Source: Desulfobacterales bacterium (GTDB taxonomy: Bacteria; Desulfobacterota; Desulfobacteria; Desulfobacterales; SURF-7). From it: DNA of 64,000 nt. A program made the translations under genes and the position numbers. Under the pieces are notes generated by a model. That model ran no database searches. It saw only the letters and a program-made list of their open reading frames with translations, and was not told where the DNA came from. Below, piece by piece: positions 18,933 to 27,277 of the stretch. How positions within the stretch are numbered: the stretch's first letter is position 1; the number at the start of each line of letters is the position of its first letter. The DNA lies in assembly GCA_041740615.1 (NCBI GenBank), contig JBGSLR010000038.1:98169-162168 (forward strand), given 5' to 3'.

Positions 18933-20123
18933 TCATGCCCTTGTGAGTTCGATGAGGGTGATTTCCGAGGGAGAGCCCAGGCGAACGGGCGGACCCCAGT
19001 ACCCGGTTCCGCCGCTGACATAGATCCGGGTGTTCTCATGCCGGTGCAGTCCGGTGACATAGGGTTGGGTGAGAAACACGACGTAGTTCCATGGGAAAAA
19101 CTGACCGCCGTGGGTATGGCCGGATATCTGCAGATCGAATCCGGCTTTGGCGGCGTCGTAGATGCTTTTGGGCTGATGGGCCAGTAGAATTCTGAAATCC
19201 GCCGGCGGAGATTTCGCCATGGCCTGAAAGGGATCGGATCGATGGCGGGGATCGAACCGTCCGCCGCGATAATCGGTGACGCCGGCAAGCAGCAGCCGCC
19301 CTTCGCCGTGCTGGATCAAGCGATGTTCATTCAGCAACACCGTAAAGCCAAGGGAGCGGACCTTTTCGATCCAGGCCTCGGCCCCCGAGTAATATTCATG
19401 GTTGCCGGTAACAAAAAATTTGCCGTATGTCGCCTGTAACTCAGCTATGGGCGCCACATCATCGGATAGATGCGCTACCGAACCATCCACCAGATCACCG
19501 GTGACGGCGACGATATCCGCTTTAAGTGCGTTGGCCGCCTTTACGACTCCGGCCACAAAAGGTCTTTTAATTGTAGGACTGACGTGGATATCCGTGAGTT
19601 GCACGATGCGGAAGCCATCCAGGTCGGTCGGAAGGTTGGCAATGGGAATCCGGACGGTTTTTATTTGCGGTATCTGCCTGGCCTCGGCGATTCCGCAGCC
19701 GGTCATGACGCCGGCGCCGGTCAATATCGCCGTATTCAGGCTGTTGAGCAGGAAGCGTCTTCGTTCGGTATCCGTCGACTGGTTTGCGGAAGGCCTGGGA
19801 TTTTTGAGCAACCGGATGGGTTGAATCATTTTGGAAAGGAGAAGCAGGAAGTCCCGTATCAGCAGCAAGGTGAATACGAAACTCATGAAGCCGAGGCCGA
19901 TGTATCCACATAAGGCCGCCATGTCCACGATGGGGTTCTCGATTCCGGAGCTTCTGGAGATAATCGTCATGGGTGTCGCGAGCACGATGGCTACGATGAT
20001 CCCCATGACCGCAAGGTTCTTGTTGCGGCCGAGCCTCGCCGGTCCCAGCAGTCGCCAAGTGATGTAGGCGGCGAATAGACCGACTACCAGAATGAAGGAT
20101 ATGGCAAAAATGGTGAATTTCAT
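18933..20123 (-). CDS. membrane-anchored metallophosphoesterase (YkuE-like)
   Basis: N-terminal TM helices, then calcineurin-like motifs DIHVSP, GDLVDG, GNHEY, GHTHGGQ. Confidence 0.85.
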   Translation of the reverse strand: MKFTIFAISFILVVGLFAAYITWRLLGPARLGRNKNLAVMGIIVAIVLATPMTIISRSSGIENPIVDMAALCGYIGLGFMSFVFTLLLIRDFLLLLSKMIQPIRLLKNPRPSANQSTDTERRRFLLNSLNTAILTGAGVMTGCGIAEARQIPQIKTVRIPIANLPTDLDGFRIVQLTDIHVSPTIKRPFVAGVVKAANALKADIVAVTGDLVDGSVAHLSDDVAPIAELQATYGKFFVTGNHEYYSGAEAWIEKVRSLGFTVLLNEHRLIQHGEGRLLLAGVTDYRGGRFDPRHRSDPFQAMAKSPPADFRILLAHQPKSIYDAAKAGFDLQISGHTHGGQFFPWNYVVFLTQPYVTGLHRHENTRIYVSGGTGYWGPPVRLGSPSEITLIELTRA

Positions 20124-20186
20124 TTTTCGCTTATAGAAGTCCCCTCAGAAAGCGGCCAAACCGGCAAAAACGATCCTGTCGGCGGA

Positions 20187-20570
20187 TTAATCGTCGTTTT
20201 CGCCTGCGCCTACCAGGGGGAGTTCTTTATCGACTTTGAAAATCATTAAAAACCGATTTTGGGCGTCATCACCCTTGTATTCGCGCCGGCTGAGGGATTT
20301 GATCCGCTGGCTGTTTTTTTCCTCTCGAATTTTACATAAAAATAGACGTTTACCTTTGAAACCGGCTGCGTCTTCCATGAAAAGATAGACAGCAAAAGGA
20401 TTGGTCTGCAAATTGGAGTGGGTCAACCGATCCCGCATGATGAACGCCAGTGAGCCGTCCTCCAGAATATGGGGACGCGAGTAAATGGCCGCATCCACCC
20501 GGCCGTGATTGTCTGCGGTGGCGAGAACACCCGTTCCTTTGGTCTGTTCGAAATATTCCTTGTAGGACAT
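20187..20570 (-). CDS. pyridoxamine 5'-phosphate oxidase-family (FMN-binding split-barrel) protein
   Basis: 127 aa. The GVLATADNHGRVDAAIYSRP...LAFIM pattern is typical of small PNPOx-like proteins. Confidence 0.6.
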   Translation of the reverse strand: MSYKEYFEQTKGTGVLATADNHGRVDAAIYSRPHILEDGSLAFIMRDRLTHSNLQTNPFAVYLFMEDAAGFKGKRLFLCKIREEKNSQRIKSLSRREYKGDDAQNRFLMIFKVDKELPLVGAGENDD

Positions 20571-20796
20571 GTCATCCTCCTTCCGTGATTACGGCGCATC
20601 TTGCGTTTCAAGCATCCATTATCCATACGGACAATGCGCTTCCGGGATACGATATGGCATAACATAATGCACTTATTCCAGATTGCAACGCCGGTATTCC
20701 ACAGTGAAAACAAATGCTGTACAGCCAAAAATCTTCGGACAAGAGGCCTCGGGAAGTTTCCGCGTGAAGGACGCCGTGATGCCCGATACCTTCAAG

Positions 20797-22107
20797 TTAC
20801 TGCCGAACCGAATCGTTTTCCGGGATGGAACCCGGGCCGTCCTTACGGTTTGCGTCGCGACCGAACGCCAAAGATGCCAGGGCTCGATTGCGCGGTTGGT
20901 AGGTATTGTCGGCCATCTCCTTGCGAACCACTTTTTGAAGGAGCTTAAACATTTTGAGTTCCTGGGACTCGTTCTGATAGAAGGCATCCCATGAATACTG
21001 GAGGAGTTCCTCCAGCCGTGCCGGCGTCAGATGCTTTGGGTGATAGACGACTTTGTCGGCGGAATAATCGTTCCAGTCAAAGGAGAAGATCCGGTTCTGG
21101 CTGTTCAAATCGTCAAAGGCTTTGGTATGGGGGAAAGGCGTCAGGACGGTAAATTCGGCCAGATCCAGTTCGATTTCAAGCAGAAAATCGATAAGCCGTT
21201 TGATATACTCTTCCGTATGGTGGTCAAGACCCAGGAGTACGGTGGCTTCGACGCCAATACCGGCGTCATGATATCTCTGGATACGGGATTTGATGTAGTC
21301 CGACGTATCAAAAACCGCCTGGTAAACGTACCAGGCTCCGGCTTGGGCAGCCAGATCCAGAACTTCCGGGTGGTCATCGATGGGATGACAGCACCACTTT
21401 TTTTTCAGCGGAATCATTTCCCGAAAGAGATCCGTTTCCCATTGTCGATCCTGGGACAGGGAATTGTCCACCATAAAAAGGCGGTTGTTTTGAATGCCGG
21501 CCATCTCCTCGATCACCTTGTCGATGGGCCGCGGCCTGAATTTTTTCCCGCCGAGATAAGCGACCGCGCATGGGTAGCAATGAAAGCGGCAACCGCGTGA
21601 GGCATGGATCAGGTCCACCATTTGAACGCCGCGGTAGTTATACAATTCGCGCCGTAGAATATCCCGACGGGCAGGGCCGACAATCTCAATGGGGGGAGGA
21701 TCCGACAGGTGGTTGTAAATTTTTTGGAGACGTCCGGCCCGGAAATCGGAGAAAACCTGCTCCATGCGTCCCTCGGCCTCGCCCAAAAAGACCGCATCCG
21801 CATGCAGCGTCGTCTCTTCCGCGTGGAGGGTCGTCGCGATTCCACCGCAGATCACCGGGATGCCTTTCCGTCGATAGATGTCGGCGATTTCCCAACCGCG
21901 CTTCACCTGGACGGTCAGCATCATGGAAATTCCGATAAAATCCACCGGGTCGTCAAAATCAATGGACTCCAGATTTTCGTCAACAAAAACAATGTCCACA
22001 TAAGAAGGCAAGGCGGCCGCAAAAACCACGGGGCCGTGTGGAGGCAAATGGAATTCATTCTGCCGCTCAAGGCGGCGCCATTTGGGATAGATCAGTTTGA
22101 ATCTCAT
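20797..22107 (-). CDS. B12-binding-domain radical SAM enzyme (class B rSAM)
   Basis: N-terminal Rossmann/B12-like region (DFIGISMMLT...GIPVICGG), then CxxxCxxC (SRGCRFHCYPC). 436 aa. Confidence 0.85.
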   Translation of the reverse strand: MRFKLIYPKWRRLERQNEFHLPPHGPVVFAAALPSYVDIVFVDENLESIDFDDPVDFIGISMMLTVQVKRGWEIADIYRRKGIPVICGGIATTLHAEETTLHADAVFLGEAEGRMEQVFSDFRAGRLQKIYNHLSDPPPIEIVGPARRDILRRELYNYRGVQMVDLIHASRGCRFHCYPCAVAYLGGKKFRPRPIDKVIEEMAGIQNNRLFMVDNSLSQDRQWETDLFREMIPLKKKWCCHPIDDHPEVLDLAAQAGAWYVYQAVFDTSDYIKSRIQRYHDAGIGVEATVLLGLDHHTEEYIKRLIDFLLEIELDLAEFTVLTPFPHTKAFDDLNSQNRIFSFDWNDYSADKVVYHPKHLTPARLEELLQYSWDAFYQNESQELKMFKLLQKVVRKEMADNTYQPRNRALASLAFGRDANRKDGPGSIPENDSVRQ

Positions 22108-22141
22108 GGAGTCTGTTTACCTGTTTTTTGTGGTTTTGCGC

Positions 22142-22822
22142 TCATTTCCCCAACGGCAGGGCTTCGAGCAGATGCATTGTCAATTCGTATCCAAAGAGAC
22201 CGTGGGCCGTCAGCTTCAGCGTTTTCGGTAAAAGCACCGACTTTTGAAATGAATCGGTCATATCCGTGGCCGTTACCGTGCGTATAATGGTCCTATCATC
22301 GTCATAACGTTTTATTTCCCAGGAGCTGTCCCCATGTATGGTCATGTCCAGTAGGGAGTCGTCGGCCATGTAATAGCGGCAGATCTCTTCACCGTTTTGA
22401 GACCTGCCGAATTCGCACCGGGTTGCCTCGGGTGGAAAGAATATGAGTCGGATGTCATCCATCATCCCATTCGCCAGAGCCGGAGAGTCGAAAGGGGCAA
22501 TGGCGCGGGTGATGACCAGGTTGCCTTCTTCAGCCGAGGCCTCGAAAAGCACAAAGCCTTCAATGGTCATCAGGGCGCAATGGAGACGTTGCGGTTCGCT
22601 GGAGAGGACCGTGGCGCCCATCAACAATGCCTGGTGACCGTCCGGAGCCGTGGCTTCAATGGAGTGGAGCAGTTGCCATTCTCCAGTGGGGAACAGATTC
22701 CGGCATTTCAGGGCCATGGCCTGTTTCGCGGCGGAATTCTCCATGGGGTCTATTCTGGGAACCGAGGAAGCGCAGGCGCAAAGCAACAGACATATGCAAA
22801 GAAGCGTTGGAACGGGTTTCAT
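22142..22822 (-). CDS. putative lipoprotein (occupies the position taken by DUF3261 in aryl-polyene-type clusters)
   Basis: Signal peptide plus lipobox (LLLCACASS). 4-nt overlap with the upstream LolA-like gene. Family assignment is not verifiable by eye. Confidence 0.6.
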   Translation of the reverse strand: MKPVPTLLCICLLLCACASSVPRIDPMENSAAKQAMALKCRNLFPTGEWQLLHSIEATAPDGHQALLMGATVLSSEPQRLHCALMTIEGFVLFEASAEEGNLVITRAIAPFDSPALANGMMDDIRLIFFPPEATRCEFGRSQNGEEICRYYMADDSLLDMTIHGDSSWEIKRYDDDRTIIRTVTATDMTDSFQKSVLLPKTLKLTAHGLFGYELTMHLLEALPLGK

Positions 22823-23436
22823 TGAACATCCCTGAAGATCTTCGTGGGGATTTTTTCATTGGGAATCACGTTTTGAAAAACAAGCTTGGTGTAGGAATCG
22901 CTGTTTTCATAGATGAGGACGGTGTCGATGATGCCGACTCGATCGGAGAGGCACAGTTCGATCTTTTCAATGAACGCGGCAAAGGCCTTTTCTTTCGGTC
23001 TCAGTATGATTTTACGGTCCGGCTCCAGGACGGCATTGAAAGCCGGATTGTCATCAAAACGGCCGTTCAGCCAGCCGCTGATTTCCTGAAGAACGATCTG
23101 CATCGATTGAAGCGGCATGCCGGTATCTTCCACCAGCTCGTTATTTTGTTGAATGAAATGCTTCATGCGATCCTCGTCCACCATCAAGATGCTGCGGATG
23201 GGTTTTTCGTATTCCCACCGAAGGGATCCGGGGGCCTGGTAGTAAAAACGGCCTTTGGAGATCAGCGGATGAGAGAGAATCGCCATGTGTTTTTCCTGAA
23301 TGAATTCGGCCTGGATCGATGTAAGCTGGCCGGCCGATTGTCGGATCGCGTCCCATGTCTGGGCCCAGCCTATGCATAAACCTGCCGACAGCAGCAGCAG
23401 GATGCTGCAGGCTGATGTAGAAGTATTTGTTTTCAT
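22819..23436 (-). CDS. LolA-like outer-membrane lipoprotein carrier family protein
   Basis: 205 aa with a signal peptide. F.Q.K......L.S.G.FYYQ.PGSLRWEY..P pattern characteristic of the LolA fold family. Confidence 0.7.
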   Translation of the reverse strand: MKTNTSTSACSILLLLSAGLCIGWAQTWDAIRQSAGQLTSIQAEFIQEKHMAILSHPLISKGRFYYQAPGSLRWEYEKPIRSILMVDEDRMKHFIQQNNELVEDTGMPLQSMQIVLQEISGWLNGRFDDNPAFNAVLEPDRKIILRPKEKAFAAFIEKIELCLSDRVGIIDTVLIYENSDSYTKLVFQNVIPNEKIPTKIFRDVQ

Positions 23437-23453
23437 TTATATTGTCCGATTGG

Positions 23454-24242
23454 TCAAAACATGCCGCCGTTGACGGAAATCACCTGGCCGGTGATATAGG
23501 ATGCGTCTTCGGAGCAGAGGAAACGAACGGTTCGGGCTACTTCCTCCGGCTTGCCGATCCGCGCCATGGGGATCATGGCCTTGATGTTGTCGATGGGAAC
23601 ATTCTTGGTCATATCGGTTTCGATGAGTCCCGGTGCCACGACATTGATTCGGATCCCCAAACGAGCCACTTCGGCGGCCACGGATCGGCTGGCTCCGATC
23701 AAGCCGGCTTTGGCTGCGGAATAATTGGCTTGGCCGCGGTTGGGTACAAGGGCGGAAATGGAGGCGATGGAGACGACCGAGCCTCGTTTTTGGCGGATCA
23801 TTTTTTCAAGTACCGGTTTGGTCATATTGTAAAAACCGTTCAAGCTGGTCTGGATCACCGCATCCCATTTCGCTCGGGCCATCATGACAAACAATCCGTC
23901 GGCGGTGATTCCGGCATTGTTGACCAGAATATCAATGGTCTTCATTCGTCCGGCGATATCGGTAACCGCCTGTTTGGCGGCATCCATATCACCGACATCG
24001 AATGCCATGGTTTCCCCTTCTCCACCCGCTTCCCGGATCAGCTCCAACGTCTTCTCCGCCCCTTGGGTATCGGATTTATAGGTGATGACCACGTAAGATC
24101 CGTTGCGGGCCAGTTCGATACCGACAGCCCTTCCGATGCCTTTGCTGCCTCCGGTGACAATCGCAACCGGTCTGGTTCTTTCCGATTTGGTATGATTCTG
24201 TTCCAAGGCTTGTAATCCCTTCCATTCCCTTTGGGCTTCCAT
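23454..24242 (-). CDS. fabG: 3-oxoacyl-ACP reductase (SDR, FabG-type ketoreductase)
   Basis: TGGSKGIGRA cofactor motif, NNAG, and catalytic S...YSAAK. Confidence 0.9.
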   Translation of the reverse strand: MEAQREWKGLQALEQNHTKSERTRPVAIVTGGSKGIGRAVGIELARNGSYVVITYKSDTQGAEKTLELIREAGGEGETMAFDVGDMDAAKQAVTDIAGRMKTIDILVNNAGITADGLFVMMARAKWDAVIQTSLNGFYNMTKPVLEKMIRQKRGSVVSIASISALVPNRGQANYSAAKAGLIGASRSVAAEVARLGIRINVVAPGLIETDMTKNVPIDNIKAMIPMARIGKPEEVARTVRFLCSEDASYITGQVISVNGGMF

Positions 24243-24248
24243 CGGTTC

Positions 24249-24710
24249 TCAATCCGGTTGAAACAATTGCAGGGTCGCTTCCGCCGCAACCACGCCTTCG
24301 ATGTCTGCCTTGCCGTGCACCTCCCGGAAGTTGTCAAACTCGAAATGATTTTCGGCCCAGGTAATGACCACTGCATGTAACGGAATTCGGTCCATGAAAA
24401 AGCGCGCTTTCTTGATTCCCACCAGCCAACCTTTTTTTTCCGAATCGATGCCGTTTTTCCGGATTCGGGTCCAACCGTTTGTAATGCCGGCAGTTTGCGC
24501 CAAGAGTTCGACCAGAATTAGTGCGCTTACACTTTTTCCATCAAAAAAGGGCCAAGTGGCGGATACGATCGATCGTGTTTTGGAGCGGCCTTCATCCAAT
24601 TCCAGTATTTCATGGATCAGCTTCATTCTGCCGCGATGGGGCAACAGGTCGTCGATGCTGATATCTCCCCAATTCATATTCCCTCTTCTCCGGTTTTCGG
24701 AAAAAAACAT
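24249..24710 (-). CDS. hot-dog fold 3-hydroxyacyl-ACP dehydratase (ApeI/ApeP-like)
   Basis: LLPHRGRMKLI motif and hot-dog length. The start may be the internal ATG at 24677 (MNWGDI). Confidence 0.7.
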   Translation of the reverse strand: MFFSENRRRGNMNWGDISIDDLLPHRGRMKLIHEILELDEGRSKTRSIVSATWPFFDGKSVSALILVELLAQTAGITNGWTRIRKNGIDSEKKGWLVGIKKARFFMDRIPLHAVVITWAENHFEFDNFREVHGKADIEGVVAAEATLQLFQPD

Positions 24711-24767
24711 TGAAAATAAAACGACAAATCTTTAGTATCAACCGGATATCAGTAAGGCCCTCCGAAA

Positions 24768-24777
24768 CCTTCGAAGG
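24768..24777. promoter_or_regulatory. perfect 10-bp palindrome CCTTCGAAGG in the divergent promoter region (candidate operator)
   Basis: Read directly. Lies in the 132-bp gap between the divergent dehydratase and ACP operons. The extended imperfect inverted repeat is ccctccgaa/ttcgaaggg. Confidence 0.3.
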
Positions 24778-24842
24778 GATGCTACAACAATTTAACCCTG
24801 CTGTAAAGCAACAAGCCGAAACGGTTAGGAGCGGACGTTAGA

Positions 24843-25109
24843 ATGGAAGCGTTACTCAAGGAACTGAAAAATAAGATTATCGAAGTGCTGAACCTGACGG
24901 ATGTCACGCCGGCGGATTTTAAGGCGGAGGAACAGCTGGTGGGTGGGGCTCTCGGGATCGATTCAATCGATGTGCTGGAGATGGTGATGATGATTGAAAA
25001 AGAGTATGGCGTCATCATTGATAATAAAGAGCTCGGTGAAAAGGTGTTCGCGACCTTGGGCACCCTGGCGGCGTATATCTATGAGAATTCTTCCCGGTTG
25101 CACAATTGA
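24843..25109 (+). CDS. acyl carrier protein (ACP 1)
   Basis: 88 aa with phosphopantetheine attachment motif LGIDSIDVLEMV. Confidence 0.9.
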   Translation: MEALLKELKNKIIEVLNLTDVTPADFKAEEQLVGGALGIDSIDVLEMVMMIEKEYGVIIDNKELGEKVFATLGTLAAYIYENSSRLHN

Positions 25110-27277
25110 AACAAATCAGGGCCTATATTCATGGTATGGGAGTGGTGAGTCCCTTTGGCCTTGGCATCGACGCCACCCGGACGGCACTTGTTGAGGGGCG
25201 CCGGTGTCTTCGACCCCTCAGCTTGTTTCCGGTTGCAAAGGGACCTCCTCTGCCGGTGGGCGAAATAACCATTTCGATGGAAAACGAAGCCTTGCCTCGC
25301 ACGCACCAATTGGCGAGAATTGCTGCGGCCCAAGCGATGGCAGGCAGCCCCAAACCGCCGGATGCGATTGTCATGGGAGTGACCACCGGCGGCATGTCGA
25401 CAACGGAAATACACCTGAAAACAGTTGCCCGTAATCCGGATCTTTTTAGCCATCACGGGGTCGGTTCGGTTGCCGAGGATATCGCGGCCATCTACCATTG
25501 CAAGGGACCGGTGATCACGGTGTCAACCGCTTGTTCTTCGGGCGGTGCGGCTCTCAAGATCGCCCTGGAAATGATGCGTGCCCGCAAGGCCGGGCGGATA
25601 CTGGTGGGCGGCGCCGATTCTCTGTGCCGATTGACCTATTATGGATTTCTGTCCCTGCAACTGATCGACCCCAAAGGCGCCAGGCCCTTCGATGAGGGTC
25701 GGCGGGGAATGTCCATAGCCGAAGGGGCCGCTATGCTGCTGCTGGTAGCGGACCAACCCGGGCAGGCGGTCGGTGAAATTCTGGGAGGCGGCCTGTCATG
25801 CGACGCTTACCATCCCACGGCGCCTCATCCGGAGGGTTCCGGCGCGCTTGTAGCTATGCGGGAAGCGATTGCGGATGCCGGAATCGATCCCGGGGATATC
25901 GACTATATCAATCTGCATGGAACCGGAACGATCGATAACGATCGTTCCGAAGCCAAGGCGATTCGAACTCTTTTCGGTCCAGCCCCTCCGTTGTTGTCAT
26001 CCATCAAAGGCGCCTGTGGTCATTCCCTTGCGGCCGCCGGTGCGGTTGAGGCCGTGGTGGCGGCGATCGCCATTGCTGCAGACCTTGTTCCCGCCAGCAC
26101 CGGTTGTGGATCCCCGGATCCTGATTTGGGAATCGTTCCCGTACAGAAGCCGCTGCAAAGGCCCATGGAAACGGTTTTGTCCAACTCCTTCGGTTTTGGT
26201 GGAAACAATGCCTCCGTGGTCATCGGAAGACCGGGAAGAGCGAGCCGTTTTATGGACTCCTCACCCCGGACGCGAACGATGTCAATAATCGGCAGTGCCT
26301 GCATTACGGGCCAGGGCGGAACGGAGATGACCATGGCCGCCCTGGGCCGAGGGACTGCCTGCAATGGCAGGAGCTCACTGGAAACACTGGCTCTCCAGCT
26401 TCCGCCTTCGGAAATACGGCGTTTGAAGCGTCTTCCCCGATTGGCGATGTCCCTGGCCCTCGAGGCGCATAGAGATTCGGATCAATCCCGACGTCCCCTG
26501 TCGGTGTTTTTCGGCACGGGCTGGGGTGCTCTTTCCGAGACCCATGATTTTTTGACGCGACTGAACGAAACCGGAGAGCAATTCCCAAGTCCCACTGATT
26601 TTGTGGGGTCGGTCCATAACGCTCCTGCCGGTCGGATCGCCATGTGGTTTAAGGCCCAAGGCCCCAGCATTACAACGACCGGAGGGAATTATTCCTTTGA
26701 ACAATCCTTGCTGGCCGCCGATTTGTGTGCTTCCGAAGGAAATGATTGTTTTTTGGTCATCGGCGCGGATGAGGCGCATCCGGAGCTTTCTCCCCTGTTT
26801 GATCGGTCCGTAATCCCCGGGCATGTGCTGTCGGACGGCGGTGGCGCACTCCTGATCCGCAGGGCCGAGTTGGCCTCGGCGTTTCGGGTGCAATTGTTGT
26901 TCTATGAAAACGTCCGGGAAAATCCCGAAGTGATCCCAGCGCTGCTGGACGCTTTGGGTGGCAGGAATCATATGCGGGAGCGGTACGGATTCATCCTGGC
27001 GGGGATTCCCGCAGCAGAAAGGACGGTGGGGGAGCGGCAATTGGGCGACCTGCTTTCCCGGTCGGCTTTTCCCAATTCCGTTTTGGACTACCGCAAATGG
27101 ACCGGCGAATTCGCATCGGCATCCGCCGTGGCTGTTGTCATGGCGGTGAAATTTTTAGAAGCGGGCCTGTTCCCGGGAGTTCTGTGCGCGGGTGCGGATG
27201 TGGATCTTCGCCGCAAAGGCGGTTTGGTAATCGGATTGGGACGGTTTGTCACCGCCATGGAGATCATGCCCGGATGA
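25106..27277 (+). CDS. fused beta-ketoacyl synthase + chain-length-factor-like domain (KS-CLF)
   Basis: The N-terminal half has the Cys-His-His triad (TACSSGG, NLHGTGT, GACGHSLAAAG). The C-terminal half (~aa 390-723) is KS-like without the active Cys (RRLKRLPRLAMSLALEA...TTTGGNYSFEQS), as in Ketoacyl-synt_2/CLF proteins. Confidence 0.8.
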   Translation: MKQIRAYIHGMGVVSPFGLGIDATRTALVEGRRCLRPLSLFPVAKGPPLPVGEITISMENEALPRTHQLARIAAAQAMAGSPKPPDAIVMGVTTGGMSTTEIHLKTVARNPDLFSHHGVGSVAEDIAAIYHCKGPVITVSTACSSGGAALKIALEMMRARKAGRILVGGADSLCRLTYYGFLSLQLIDPKGARPFDEGRRGMSIAEGAAMLLLVADQPGQAVGEILGGGLSCDAYHPTAPHPEGSGALVAMREAIADAGIDPGDIDYINLHGTGTIDNDRSEAKAIRTLFGPAPPLLSSIKGACGHSLAAAGAVEAVVAAIAIAADLVPASTGCGSPDPDLGIVPVQKPLQRPMETVLSNSFGFGGNNASVVIGRPGRASRFMDSSPRTRTMSIIGSACITGQGGTEMTMAALGRGTACNGRSSLETLALQLPPSEIRRLKRLPRLAMSLALEAHRDSDQSRRPLSVFFGTGWGALSETHDFLTRLNETGEQFPSPTDFVGSVHNAPAGRIAMWFKAQGPSITTTGGNYSFEQSLLAADLCASEGNDCFLVIGADEAHPELSPLFDRSVIPGHVLSDGGGALLIRRAELASAFRVQLLFYENVRENPEVIPALLDALGGRNHMRERYGFILAGIPAAERTVGERQLGDLLSRSAFPNSVLDYRKWTGEFASASAVAVVMAVKFLEAGLFPGVLCAGADVDLRRKGGLVIGLGRFVTAMEIMPG

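Noticed and set aside
27097-27273. 59-aa N-terminal extension of the second B12-rSAM ORF
   Set aside because: It lies entirely inside the KS-CLF coding region in another frame. The ATGA-coupled ATG 27274 gives a canonical B12-domain N-terminus.
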